DNA of 64,000 nt from Candidatus Woesearchaeota archaeon (GCA_019322485.1 JAHWIK010000015.1:23216-87215); one strand, 5' to 3'; positions 1 through 9,910 are shown, counted from the first letter of the stretch. The notes: generated by a model not told the origin, from the sequence alone. Made by a program: numbers and translations.

Positions 1-169
1 TGGTGGTTCTATAAGGAGATGGAATCTTGGTTCTTCATTAAAGATGGGAGATGTTATGCATGCATTGATTGGACTTGTAACACCTTATATGACTGGAAAG
101 CTAGACGGCAGAGAAATAACAGATCCAGGTATCTTAAAGGTACATAGAAAGTATAAGCTTCCTGGTTAA

Positions 170-1408
170 CTACAGAACAGAATAATAATCTTCTAAAACA
201 ATCTTATCCATATTCTCCAGGTCTCTTACAACATATAATCTGCCATTTCCCAGTTCTGTAATCCTTTCTGCCAGGGCTTTTGCTTTTGGCTCTAGCTTTA
301 TTCCAATCAAAGAAATAGTTATTCCAGCATTTCTTGCTTCTGAGATTGCTCTTATTGTTGCGTTCTCAGGGTCACTACCAACAGTTGGCATTGCGTCTGT
401 TATAAGAATCAAATGCTTTGTTATGTTTTCATTCGGGAATAACTCAATTGCTTTCTCTATTGTCTTTACAATGTTTGTTTCTTTTGAGGCCCTTATCTTT
501 GTGATTTCTTTTAACAGCATTCCAAAGTCATTTGTTGGTTCAATAGCTGTTTTTACTTCTGAACCAAATACAATTAAGCCAACCTTGTCTTTTTCATTAA
601 GGGCTTTAAACGCTAATGCAACACCTGCTTTTTTGCAGACATCAATCTTTGCGCCTTTCATTGAGCCGGATGCATCTAGGGCATAGATGATTGATATGCG
701 GCCTTTTCTCTGCCTTTCAAATGTCCTTAGGTCCTCTTTGATTAACTCCTTATGAGACCTTCTTACTGCCAGCTTGATTGAATCCCTTATTGCCAAATCC
801 TTGTATCTATCTCCTTTCTTGTATAGCTTGACATCCATCTTGTCGCCGTAATGCGCAGCTTTTTTATGCACTTTCTCTCCTAGAATTCCTTTAGGCATTA
901 GATTGCTTAATTCTTCTGTGTAAAGAATTAATGATGCAAGCTCAACACCTTTTTCCAGAATATTCCCTCTGCTGTCAATTAATTTATTATCTTTTAATTT
1001 CTCAATGTTCTCTTCAATATTCTTTCTTATCTCTTTCTGGAACTCAGGGATATTTATGTTTTTCTGGATATAGCCTGGCTCGTAATTGCTTAATAACCTT
1101 AGAATTGTGGGGCCAAAGACCTTCTTAGCCATTGAATAGCTTTTAACAAGCTGCTCCATCATTAAATCAGGAGTAAAGCAGCTAAGGCCCTGGTTGATTG
1201 ATTCTCTTATAAGCTTGCCGTCCTTGACTGTTTTCTTGTCGTTCTCAAGAACAGAATGCATTAATTTATCTCCAACCTTGCCTCTTGATAGTTTACCAGA
1301 AAGTTCTGTTATATCAGCCAGCTTTTCTACTTTAGTTTGCCGGCTGTCAAAGGCCACCACCCTTCTTGACGGCCTCGCTCTTTGAGAAATCCTTAAACTC
1401 CTCAGCAA
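170..1408 (-). CDS. von Willebrand factor A (vWA) domain protein, ChlD-like partner of the upstream AAA+ ATPase. The true start may be the internal Met near 1261.
   Basis: MIDAS motif 'YALDASGSM' (DxSxS). It overlaps the 3' end of the AAA+ gene, suggesting coupling. Pairing of vWA with a ChlI/MoxR ATPase is typical. Confidence 0.7.
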   Translation of the reverse strand: MLRSLRISQRARPSRRVVAFDSRQTKVEKLADITELSGKLSRGKVGDKLMHSVLENDKKTVKDGKLIRESINQGLSCFTPDLMMEQLVKSYSMAKKVFGPTILRLLSNYEPGYIQKNINIPEFQKEIRKNIEENIEKLKDNKLIDSRGNILEKGVELASLILYTEELSNLMPKGILGEKVHKKAAHYGDKMDVKLYKKGDRYKDLAIRDSIKLAVRRSHKELIKEDLRTFERQRKGRISIIYALDASGSMKGAKIDVCKKAGVALAFKALNEKDKVGLIVFGSEVKTAIEPTNDFGMLLKEITKIRASKETNIVKTIEKAIELFPNENITKHLILITDAMPTVGSDPENATIRAISEARNAGITISLIGIKLEPKAKALAERITELGNGRLYVVRDLENMDKIVLEDYYSVL

Positions 1409-2369
1409 TGTATTCCGTCGGGCTTTTGAGGTATTTAGCAGAAGGCTTTAACTCAATGCGATGGCTCAAGACAGAGACAACAGCCTCGGCTATATCTTCA
1501 AAATCAATTTTTTGCCTGCCTTTTAATTTTGCATTAGCTTGTGCTCTTTCATACAAGCCAATAGAAGCTCTAACACTAGGCTTTTTGCTTAGTTTGCTGT
1601 CTTCCCTTAATAACCTTACAAAGTAGATTGCTAGGTTTAGTAAATTATCTGCAAATTCAACATCAATTTTCTTTCCTTTTTGTTTTACTATCCCTGTTTC
1701 AATCTCTATGCTTTCTGGGTAAGCCATATATAAAACATCAAACCTGTCAATGAAAACATCTGATATGCGTTCTGTTGATGTGTCCTCTGGATTCATTGTT
1801 GCTATTAGTATGAAATTAGCAGGGATATCAACGTCATAGCTGCTTATGGTTGCTTTTCCTTCCTGCAGAACTTGCAGCAAGGCATTCTGCAGTTTCTCAG
1901 GGCACCTGTTGACTTCATCAAAGAACAAGATGCCATTATTTGCTTTGAATATCTTTCCTGGTGTAAAGGCCTCCATGCTTAAAGGGCCGGATTTTAATGC
2001 CTTTACAGGGTCAATGTCTCCAAGTAAATCCTCAACAGTTAAATCAGGACTTCCCTGGATTCTTATGAATCTTTCAACTCCTTTTACTTTCTTTGATTTT
2101 AGCTGTTTATTTGATTTACAAGAAGGGCAAACAGGATTCTTTGGGTCACAGTGGAACTCACAGCCATCAACAACATCAATCTCTGGCAGTAGTTCTGCAA
2201 CATTCTTTGCTAAGGTAGTCTTTCCAATACCGGGCGGCCCAACAATAATGATATGCCTTCCCATCAATAGGGCTGATTTTAGGCCGTGTTTTACCTTATC
2301 CTGCCCAAGAATATCTATAAATGGGTCTTTTTCCTTCAGGAAAATTGCTTCTAATTGTTTTGAAATCAT
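1347..2369 (-). CDS. AAA+ ATPase of the Mg-chelatase ChlI/BchI (MoxR-related) family
   Basis: Walker A 'IVGPPGIGKTT' and Walker B 'ILFFDEVNRC'. It carries the ChlI-specific Cys insert 'CEFHCDPKNPVCPSCKS' and the sensor region 'ATMNPED'. Confidence 0.75.
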   Translation of the reverse strand: MISKQLEAIFLKEKDPFIDILGQDKVKHGLKSALLMGRHIIIVGPPGIGKTTLAKNVAELLPEIDVVDGCEFHCDPKNPVCPSCKSNKQLKSKKVKGVERFIRIQGSPDLTVEDLLGDIDPVKALKSGPLSMEAFTPGKIFKANNGILFFDEVNRCPEKLQNALLQVLQEGKATISSYDVDIPANFILIATMNPEDTSTERISDVFIDRFDVLYMAYPESIEIETGIVKQKGKKIDVEFADNLLNLAIYFVRLLREDSKLSKKPSVRASIGLYERAQANAKLKGRQKIDFEDIAEAVVSVLSHRIELKPSAKYLKSPTEYIAEEFKDFSKSEAVKKGGGL

Positions 2370-2407
2370 TCCAAAATAAGAAGGTAGAATTACTTATAAA
2401 GGTTTGG

Positions 2408-3421
2408 TTATCGTGACTTGTATGCCCCAGTAGCTTTTTCACCATTCATTCCGCTTCTCAACAGCAAATGGCCGTTGCAGCGGAAATCATAGTACCTATT
2501 AGCTACAGTCCTTAAGATTTCCATATCTATTAACAGGGCTTCAGCTTTTTTTCTTGCTGAATCTTCACCACCCAAGTGTTCACTCACATATTTTTCCATA
2601 AAATGGTCCATTGCAGAGAATGCTCCCTTTAAATAATCTGCTCTGATTCTGCCCCTTAAGGGAATTGCTCTGCTTAGGTTACTATCTACCTGAGCAATTG
2701 CTCCTCTAAATCCGCTAAATTCGTCTCGTTGTCCTTCGGGTTTTGCCCCCAGGACTTTATCCTTGTATATTGCATCTATGTGTCTGCTTACACTTTCTCT
2801 GTATATACCACTGATTATACCGCTAAAAACAGCCTCTACTTCAGCAGGTTCATTGCCATACTTACGCATTTCATAGACTCCTACTTTATCCCACAGCTTT
2901 CTTGTTACATTAGCAACCATCTGGATAGACCTATTTGCTTTTACAGTAGGATGGTCCATCTCCCCATCCATAATCAAACCAAAATCAGTGCCATAATTTT
3001 CATATGCATAGTTTGTTGTGAATATTCTCATAACTGTCCCTAAGACTACCTCAGCCAGTAACATCCTTCTTGCGGGATCTTTAACAGGCTCTTCTACAAC
3101 AGCTCTTTCACCAAGTGCATCTCTTTCAATTCTTATTGTCGGTTCTGGGTCTTCTTCAGGATGAATAGCTAAGTGGACTTTAGCTGCATATACTCTTAAT
3201 GTGTCTATATCAAGATCGTGTAAATAGAATTTTTCTTCACCTTCTTCATCTGTAAAACTACCTTCTGTTGCTTCTCTTACAGCTGCTTGGAACTTAGCTT
3301 CTAATTTAACAATATCACTAAGCTCCTTCCTACTGCTTTCTCTATTTGCTGGGCTTCCTTGCCCTGCTTTGTTTAGTTCTTGCGTCATTTTTCCATAACT
3401 GCGAGAAGTAATCTCGCGCAC
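2408..3421 (-). CDS. hypothetical protein (337 aa) with atypical composition (Ala/Arg/Glu/Gly-rich, locally higher GC) directly upstream of the ChlI/vWA pair
   Basis: Long ORF, same strand, 38-nt gap to the AAA+ gene. No motif I recognise. Confidence 0.5.
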   Translation of the reverse strand: MREITSRSYGKMTQELNKAGQGSPANRESSRKELSDIVKLEAKFQAAVREATEGSFTDEEGEEKFYLHDLDIDTLRVYAAKVHLAIHPEEDPEPTIRIERDALGERAVVEEPVKDPARRMLLAEVVLGTVMRIFTTNYAYENYGTDFGLIMDGEMDHPTVKANRSIQMVANVTRKLWDKVGVYEMRKYGNEPAEVEAVFSGIISGIYRESVSRHIDAIYKDKVLGAKPEGQRDEFSGFRGAIAQVDSNLSRAIPLRGRIRADYLKGAFSAMDHFMEKYVSEHLGGEDSARKKAEALLIDMEILRTVANRYYDFRCNGHLLLRSGMNGEKATGAYKSR

Positions 3422-3517
3422 AGTCTTTTCACTTATTGAGGTTTTTCATACATAATCTAGAAGATTATATAATTTATATAATACGGGAAAATTAGGTACT
3501 TTATAAACCTTTTGTTT

Positions 3518-4114
3518 CTATAGAGTAGAGATAATCCTTGTTAGTTTAATAACAACAGAAGCAACAATTGGCATTACTATGTTATCATCTACCCTGCGCA
3601 TTCCGAACTTTATTTCAATGCCTTCTGCAATCATGGCAAAGATAGCAGCAAAAAAGGCTTCTGCTGGCCTGACAAATATAACTGCAGCAAGAAAGCCGGT
3701 GATTATGCCCACTATTGCACCTTCAATGAACTTGGCGCTGTCCAACGGATGTTTTACCCTTCCAAAATGCACTCCAACAAACCTTGAAATTGGGTCAGCA
3801 ATTGCAAGGATTGCTATTGAAGCAAGAGCGATATCCTGCGGGAAAAGGAAGACTACAATAGTAATTCCAGTGATATAAAAGAATGCACCCTTTGCTGGAA
3901 ACTTTTTTATGTCTTTTTCACGGTCAAATTGCTGCAGAAACCAGTGCATAACAGGTATTCTATATCTTTTTGAAATTAATGACAGCGCTAAAAGAGCTAG
4001 GGTCAATGTTAACAACAGCCATTTTGTAAGAAATTCAAATTTTAGCAGTAATATGATTATTGTACCGCACGTAATGTGGAACAATCCCCTTCTAAATTCA
4101 AACTTGCTAGCCAT
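3518..4114 (-). CDS. polytopic membrane protein, possibly a CTP-dependent polyprenol/dolichol kinase-like (cytidylyltransferase family 1) enzyme
   Basis: About 6 predicted TM helices. Last gene of the coupled NTase-DUF368-PAP2 operon. The family assignment is tentative. Confidence 0.35.
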   Translation of the reverse strand: MASKFEFRRGLFHITCGTIIILLLKFEFLTKWLLLTLTLALLALSLISKRYRIPVMHWFLQQFDREKDIKKFPAKGAFFYITGITIVVFLFPQDIALASIAILAIADPISRFVGVHFGRVKHPLDSAKFIEGAIVGIITGFLAAVIFVRPAEAFFAAIFAMIAEGIEIKFGMRRVDDNIVMPIVASVVIKLTRIISTL

Positions 4115-4115
4115 T

Positions 4116-4694
4116 TTATCTTCTGAATATCTTTATTCTTTGAAAAATTTTATGCTTTTTTTCAATAAAGACAAAAAAGTGTGCAACTGCAAAACCAAGC
4201 AAAGCACCACCAATAACATCGCTTAAGTAGTGCACATTTAAATAGATTCTGCTAAAAGCGACTATAACTGCAAAAAGAACCCAGAACCATTTGAGCTTCG
4301 GAAATTCTAAATCAAGGATCGGTATTGCTGTGAAAGAGGCGCTTGCATGCAGGCTGGGGAATGAGTAAACTGTTGATATTATGAAATGCGCTGCTACCAG
4401 GTCTTCTGGCCTTGGCCTTGCGATAATGGATTTAAGGATAAGGCACAATATTGACGAAGCCAGGAAACTTACCCATAGGACAGGGATCCATTCACGCTTG
4501 CGTTCCTGCCATAAGAACAAGGAGGTCATTACTATCAAGACTATGAATACAGAGCCGAAATGGGTTACTGAGCCTAGGGCATAGTCTAGGATTGGATTTC
4601 TTACCATGCTTACCAATACTAATTTGTCTAAAAAGAAACTGATTATGAGAAGTATGATTCCTGCACTGTAGAAGATAATGTTTTTTGTTTTCAT
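4116..4694 (-). CDS. PAP2-family phosphatase (polyprenyl-diphosphate / lipid phosphate phosphatase-like)
   Basis: All three PAP2 motifs are present: 'KSIIARPRP' (KxxxxxxRP), 'SFPSLHA' (PSGH-like) and 'SRIYLNVHYLSD' (SRxxxxxHxxxD). Membrane protein. Confidence 0.7.
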   Translation of the reverse strand: MKTKNIIFYSAGIILLIISFFLDKLVLVSMVRNPILDYALGSVTHFGSVFIVLIVMTSLFLWQERKREWIPVLWVSFLASSILCLILKSIIARPRPEDLVAAHFIISTVYSFPSLHASASFTAIPILDLEFPKLKWFWVLFAVIVAFSRIYLNVHYLSDVIGGALLGFAVAHFFVFIEKKHKIFQRIKIFRR

Positions 4695-5566
4695 TTGGAT
4701 TTCTTAGTTACAATTGTCGTCGATAAAATCCCCAAAGCAAGGAAGAGAAGCATTACAACAATATTTGATATTGTCCACGAGGTTGTGTTCTGGCATACTT
4801 TCTTTATTGGAATGCTTAAACAACCAATTACCAACCCTAATAGGACATAGAGTGTTTTGCACTTGTCCTTTCTGAATAAAAATGATACAGCTCTTGAGAT
4901 GCTGAACGCCCCTAATATTGCCCCTATAGTGAACGCCATGAAATAATCAAGTTTTCCTAAGATATCATGCAGAACACTTAGCATAAACTCATAGATGCCC
5001 AATATAAGGAGTATGAATGCACCTGAGATTCCAGGCAGGAACATAGCGCTGATTGCAAGGAAACCTCCAATAAAAATATATGCTATATTTGGCGTTATTG
5101 TTGCTGGGATAAGTATTGAAAGTGATATGCCTACCAACAACCCGAGAAGACCGAACATGATATTTTTTGTATGGTGCCTTTCGATGTGGTCAAAGATTGC
5201 TTTTGATGACGCTAGAATCAGGCCAATAAAGAATGATATTGTGTATGCGTAATGATTCTCTAATAGGTAGGTTATAATCCTTGAGCCAATCAGTAATGCA
5301 GTAGCTATGCCTGCTCCTAATGTTATAAGGAAGATAAGGTCCAGCTTTTTTACATCCTGCTTTAATGCGCTTAAGCCCTGCTTGTCTCTCTTTATGCTGT
5401 ATCTGAACAAATCACCAACCAGCTTAGGAGAGAAGCTCTTTACAGCATTTATCAGTCTTGTATAAATCCCTGTGATAAAGGCAATTGTTCCTCCTGAGAT
5501 TCCAGGGATTATATCGCATATTCCCATCAAAACTCCTTTTAGAAATAATAAGGTAGTTTGCTTCAC
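4691..5566 (-). CDS. DUF368 family membrane protein (PopT-like polyprenyl-phosphate translocase family)
   Basis: Internally duplicated 'GISGGT...' / 'GISGAF...' glycine motifs in a polytopic membrane protein of about 290 aa. It has 4-nt overlaps with both neighbours. Confidence 0.55.
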   Translation of the reverse strand: MKQTTLLFLKGVLMGICDIIPGISGGTIAFITGIYTRLINAVKSFSPKLVGDLFRYSIKRDKQGLSALKQDVKKLDLIFLITLGAGIATALLIGSRIITYLLENHYAYTISFFIGLILASSKAIFDHIERHHTKNIMFGLLGLLVGISLSILIPATITPNIAYIFIGGFLAISAMFLPGISGAFILLILGIYEFMLSVLHDILGKLDYFMAFTIGAILGAFSISRAVSFLFRKDKCKTLYVLLGLVIGCLSIPIKKVCQNTTSWTISNIVVMLLFLALGILSTTIVTKKSK

Positions 5567-6555
5567 TTCTTGACAACTCCTTTTAGTTTTTTATTCTTTT
5601 TTTTGATATTTGGCCAGATTAAGGTTCCTGGCTGTATAATTACGTTTTTTGCAGTTACTTTATCACCGATAATTGCGCCAAGTTTAAGAACTTTTATTTT
5701 TTTATTTTTTATAATTGAGATTACATTTGATTTTGATTCTATCTTTCCTTTGAAATAAACACCTTCTCCAATTATTGAATCCTTTACTATTGAACCTTTT
5801 TCAATGATTGAATTGTCCATAATGATTGAATTGATTACTTTTCCTTTGATTTTGCAGTTCTTTCCTATTGAGTTTCCTTTTATCCTGAATAATTTCTTTA
5901 CATCAAACAGATTCCATGGATAGCCAACTGATATCCATTGTTTTGCTGCAACACATTTTACTTTTTCTTTTTTTGCCAATGCCCTTACAGAATCAGTTAG
6001 CTCGTATTCTCCTCTTGGAGACCTTTTTATTTTTTTGAGTTCATTGAAGATTTCTTTGTCTAGAACATAAAGTGCAGTATTTGCTAGGTTTGATACTGGC
6101 TTTTTCGGCTTTTCAACTAAATCTGTTACAAAGCCGTTCTTTACAGTATAAACACCAAACCTTGAAGGGTCTTTTACTTTCTTGGCTAGAACTGAATATT
6201 TGTGTTTTATGCATTTTTTTATATCATTTCTCGAGTATAAATCATCTGCCATCAATACTATGAATTTGTTTTTTATCTTGTTTTTTGCTACAGCCAGGGC
6301 ATGGCCTGTTCCTAATTGCGGTTTCTGCAGAACATAACTAATCTTTAATTTTTTGTATCTTTTCTTGAATTGTTTTTTAATTGAATTTGCTTTAAAGCCA
6401 ACTATAAGGATTACTTCTTTAACCAAGCCATTTAACTGGTCTAGATTATATTCTAATAATGTTTTATTTCCTATTTTTAACAACGGCTTTGGCTTGTTTA
6501 TAGTCAGAGGATAGGTTCTTGTTGATTTACCTGCTGCTAGAATTACTGCCTGCAT
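5563..6555 (-). CDS. sugar-1-phosphate nucleotidyltransferase with C-terminal left-handed beta-helix (GlmU/RmlA-like bifunctional type)
   Basis: N-terminal 'ILAAGKSTRTYPLT..KPLL' NTP-transferase signature. C-terminal hexapeptide repeats ('IIGEGVYFKGKIESKSNVISI'). Confidence 0.7.
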   Translation of the reverse strand: MQAVILAAGKSTRTYPLTINKPKPLLKIGNKTLLEYNLDQLNGLVKEVILIVGFKANSIKKQFKKRYKKLKISYVLQKPQLGTGHALAVAKNKIKNKFIVLMADDLYSRNDIKKCIKHKYSVLAKKVKDPSRFGVYTVKNGFVTDLVEKPKKPVSNLANTALYVLDKEIFNELKKIKRSPRGEYELTDSVRALAKKEKVKCVAAKQWISVGYPWNLFDVKKLFRIKGNSIGKNCKIKGKVINSIIMDNSIIEKGSIVKDSIIGEGVYFKGKIESKSNVISIIKNKKIKVLKLGAIIGDKVTAKNVIIQPGTLIWPNIKKKNKKLKGVVKK

Positions 6556-6556
6556 T

Positions 6557-7807
6557 TTATAGGAGTCTTATCTGCTTAACCTTTTCTTTTATGTATGGCT
6601 CTTTTATTAATTTTTTAACCAGGTCTTCTGGCTTTGTGAATTCTCTCTTCACCTTTGCAAAGACCTTTTTGCCTTTTGTGAATGTGTTCTTGTGCTTTGC
6701 TTTGAATCTTTTAACATGGAATTTCTGCTTTAATGCAGGCCCTTCGTGGAGCTTGATATTTGGCAGAGGTTTTTTATCGCAGATAAAGAAAATCGTTGCT
6801 TTTAATTCCTTATCCCAATGCCAGCCTTTTTCTAATATCTTGAAATCATTTCTTAGCAGTTTATCTGCCATATATTCAAAGGATTTTACGAGTTTTGCTC
6901 CTGCGATGTCTTCTTTTCTTCTTATTGTTTTGATGTCTAAGGCAATTAATTTCTTGTTTTTTGCTTTCTTTTTTAGGTCATCGGTTGTCAATACCTTTTC
7001 CTTGAAGAGCTCTTTTGACGGTTTTTTTAGGAAATTCTTGCAAGCCAATCTGAAATTATCGAATTTTTCCTTGCTAAGGGCTGCTGCAGCATTCCTGTCA
7101 TGCTGTACAGGGTCTATTAAGATTAATGGTGAATAGGCCTTTGATTTGTTTAGCTCCTGCAGCACATCCTTTCCTTTGTAGTATTTCTTTATGTCAATTA
7201 TTACCTTATCAGGCCATTTTGCTGCATTCCTTGCTAGTTTTAGGAACGAGCCGTAGTGGGTTGTTAGAACCTCGCAGATATAACCTGAGAATCCTCTTAT
7301 GTAGGATTCTGCACCATAGGCATTATTTGCTTTGCAGAATTGTTTTGTCAGCCTTATCTCATCTTTTAAGGCTTTATTTGTGTTGGCTGCAACCCATTTT
7401 GCATGCAATGGGCTTACATCAGTTATATTAACTGCCTGCTTGGCATCCTTTATATCGAGGATAGGGACTATCTCAAAGGTAAAGTTTCCTTTTTTTAGCT
7501 GAAAATAATCCCTGCTACCATGCAATTTTGTAATTCTTGGGAAAATTTTTTTTAATTTCTTCTCCAGGATACCGGATAACTGGTCGCTTTTGTCTTTATA
7601 CTTCGAATATTTGAAGCAGACAAATATATCTGCATCATTTGCACGCTTTAACCAGGTTCCTTTTGCACCAGAACCGCCCAGGATTACTTTAGCCTCTTTT
7701 ACCTTCTTCTTTAATGCTGAAAGAACAGAATAAATCTTTCCAGAAACCTCTGTTTTTAGCTCTTCATCTGGCTTTATTTCCTCTAAAACCTCTTTTAGTA
7801 AATTCAT
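6557..7807 (-). CDS. cca: tRNA CCA-adding enzyme, archaeal class I
   Basis: Pol-beta NTase motif 'GGSGAKGTWLKRANDADIFVCF'. About 416 aa, the length of archaeal CCA enzymes. Confidence 0.7.
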   Translation of the reverse strand: MNLLKEVLEEIKPDEELKTEVSGKIYSVLSALKKKVKEAKVILGGSGAKGTWLKRANDADIFVCFKYSKYKDKSDQLSGILEKKLKKIFPRITKLHGSRDYFQLKKGNFTFEIVPILDIKDAKQAVNITDVSPLHAKWVAANTNKALKDEIRLTKQFCKANNAYGAESYIRGFSGYICEVLTTHYGSFLKLARNAAKWPDKVIIDIKKYYKGKDVLQELNKSKAYSPLILIDPVQHDRNAAAALSKEKFDNFRLACKNFLKKPSKELFKEKVLTTDDLKKKAKNKKLIALDIKTIRRKEDIAGAKLVKSFEYMADKLLRNDFKILEKGWHWDKELKATIFFICDKKPLPNIKLHEGPALKQKFHVKRFKAKHKNTFTKGKKVFAKVKREFTKPEDLVKKLIKEPYIKEKVKQIRLL

Positions 7808-8663
7808 GGCGAGAATAAAAGATATTGAGTTTAAAAGGTTTATGTTTTTAAGGAAAAACTTAATAAACAGTAATTCTAATGCTTGCTGTATGATAAAAAT
7901 AGGTCCTGCCGGAACCTCAGGCTTGGGTTATCCTGATGGATTTATACACTGCAAGGAGATTGGCCTGGATGCTTTAGAGGTTGAGTTCACCCACAGCGTT
8001 CATATGAATAATGAAAAGGCAAAGCTTGCTGGACAGGCTGCCAGGAAGCTGAAGCTTGACCTTTCTGTTCATGCCCCTTATTTCATTAATTTAGCGTCTG
8101 AGGAAAAGCCGAAGATAACTGCTTCTAAGAAAAGGATTTTGATGAGCTGCGAAAGAGCGCATTATTTAGGTGCAAAATATGTTGTTTTTCATGCCGGCTT
8201 CTACGGCAAAAAAGACCATGAAGAGGTTTATTCTATTATTTCAAATGAGATAGCTGACATGCAAAAGACAATCAAAGCAAAGAAATGGAATGTTGTTTTA
8301 GCTCCTGAGACAACCGGCAAGCCGGTCCAGTTCTGCGGCTTGGATACTTTATTGAGGTTAAGGAAGGATGTTAAGTGTGAACTTTGCATTGATTTTGCAC
8401 ATATGAAAGCCAGAACCCAGGGCAAGATGTCATATGATGAGATGCTTGACAAGCTCAAAGGAATAAAGCACATACATTCACATTTTTCTGGAATAGAATG
8501 GACTCCTAAAGGAGAGAGAAGGCATTTACTGACGCAAGCTAAAGATATAAAAGAACTGCTTAGTTGCTTACTTAAACATAAGGTTGATGTTACTATAATA
8601 AATGAAAGTCCGGATCCAATTGGGGATGCTCTTAAGATGAAGAAGATTTTAGAAAAACTATGA
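7806..8663 (+). CDS. nfo: endonuclease IV (AP endonuclease family 2, TIM barrel)
   Basis: Conserved 'HAPYFINLAS' block and overall similarity to the Nfo/xylose-isomerase-like fold. Confidence 0.6.
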   Translation: MARIKDIEFKRFMFLRKNLINSNSNACCMIKIGPAGTSGLGYPDGFIHCKEIGLDALEVEFTHSVHMNNEKAKLAGQAARKLKLDLSVHAPYFINLASEEKPKITASKKRILMSCERAHYLGAKYVVFHAGFYGKKDHEEVYSIISNEIADMQKTIKAKKWNVVLAPETTGKPVQFCGLDTLLRLRKDVKCELCIDFAHMKARTQGKMSYDEMLDKLKGIKHIHSHFSGIEWTPKGERRHLLTQAKDIKELLSCLLKHKVDVTIINESPDPIGDALKMKKILEKL

Positions 8664-9043
8664 AGAAAATAATCATTGACACAAACTTTTTAATGGCAGT
8701 AAGCCAGTTTAAGGTAGATATTTTCTCGGAGATAAGAAGGATTTGTGATTTTAGTTATCAATTATTTATCATCGACAAAACAATCAATGAACTCAAGTCA
8801 ATAATAGAAACCCAGAAGGGGAAGAATAAGGCTGCGGCCAAATTAGCATTATCAATAATAAAACTCAAAAAAATTAAAAAAATAAAAACAAAGGAAGGAA
8901 CTGTTGATGAGCTGATTCTAAAACTTCCGAAGAAAGACACAATTGTTGCGACGCAGGATATGGAATTAAAGGGCAGGCTGAGGAAAAAAGGAATTCCTCT
9001 TATTGTTTTAAGGCAGAAGAAGTATTTGGTTATAGTTGAGTAG
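8660..9043 (+). CDS. PIN-domain protein (Fcf1/Nob1-like small nuclease)
   Basis: N-terminal 'IIDTNFL' PIN aspartate motif, about 127 aa. Start overlaps the nfo stop. Confidence 0.5.
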   Translation: MKKIIIDTNFLMAVSQFKVDIFSEIRRICDFSYQLFIIDKTINELKSIIETQKGKNKAAAKLALSIIKLKKIKKIKTKEGTVDELILKLPKKDTIVATQDMELKGRLRKKGIPLIVLRQKKYLVIVE

Positions 9044-9059
9044 AAATTTAAATTATATG

Positions 9060-9893
9060 CTAGTATTTGCTAATCTTAGGAAATTCCCTCAATAAAAATC
9101 TTGTTAAAGGTGTTTGCGGTTTTTCTTCAACCTCTCTCCTATAGACATGATACGAATGTAATATCTCTCTTTTGAAAGATTCTCTGAGATTTGCTCTTTT
9201 CTTGAATGCTTTTATCTGGGCAGTATAGGCTTGAAGGTCATGGTAGACCTCAAATAAATCTCCATTAAGATTCAGAACTCTTCTTTGGAATTCTCTAAGT
9301 ACATCTGATTCCATCTCAATCTTACCCCCAGCAAATATCTCAACATGCCTGTATTCATGATCAACTAGCATACTCAAGAATTCATCTTCTGACTGCAAAC
9401 CCTTGAATGAGCCTCTGTATATTGTTGTTCTTAGCTTTTGAGCAACTCCTCTATAATTACTTGGAGCTATAAATTTTGTTCTCATAATCATTGCGCCAGA
9501 CTCGACTAGCGGATTTGGGTGATAATCACTCTTGTTGTCATATACAACCAATAGATCTCTTATTGGAGGGGGATTCTTTTTCACGACCTGTTTAATGTAT
9601 GTTTCTCTGTATGCCTCATTTGCTTTTGCTTCCAGGAATGAGAGTTCTCTGTTTGGAACGCTCTCTGGTTTAGAGTTCATTTCATATTGAGGCCTACTAG
9701 CTCTAGATGCATAATAAGCGTAAATAGATGTTCCAGTTATTGCTAAAGCTGCAAGCCCGCTTAAGCCCCATACCCAGAGTTTGCTTCTTTTTTGAGGAGC
9801 TTTAGCTTCTTGCTGAGCAGGCTGTTTCTTTTTTGCTTGCTTTCTTAGCCTTTTCTGCCTTTTGGTTAAACCCTTGTTTTTTTTCCTTCCCAT
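9060..9893 (-). CDS. membrane-anchored putative zinc metalloprotein with an HExxH motif (277 aa); short paralogue of the downstream 864-aa gene
   Basis: Basic N-terminus 'KGLTKRQKRLRKQAKKK', one TM helix, then 'DHEYRHVEIFAGG' (HExxH). It shares the N-terminal architecture and the HE[YF]RH block with 9911..12505. Confidence 0.5.
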   Translation of the reverse strand: MGRKKNKGLTKRQKRLRKQAKKKQPAQQEAKAPQKRSKLWVWGLSGLAALAITGTSIYAYYASRASRPQYEMNSKPESVPNRELSFLEAKANEAYRETYIKQVVKKNPPPIRDLLVVYDNKSDYHPNPLVESGAMIMRTKFIAPSNYRGVAQKLRTTIYRGSFKGLQSEDEFLSMLVDHEYRHVEIFAGGKIEMESDVLREFQRRVLNLNGDLFEVYHDLQAYTAQIKAFKKRANLRESFKREILHSYHVYRREVEEKPQTPLTRFLLREFPKISKY

Positions 9894-9910
9894 TTTGCCT
9901 TAGTTAAGGT

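Noticed and set aside
1366-2379. Plus-strand ORFs 1366..1626 and 1846..2379
   Set aside because: They are antisense to the ChlI-like AAA+ gene, which has clear Walker motifs.
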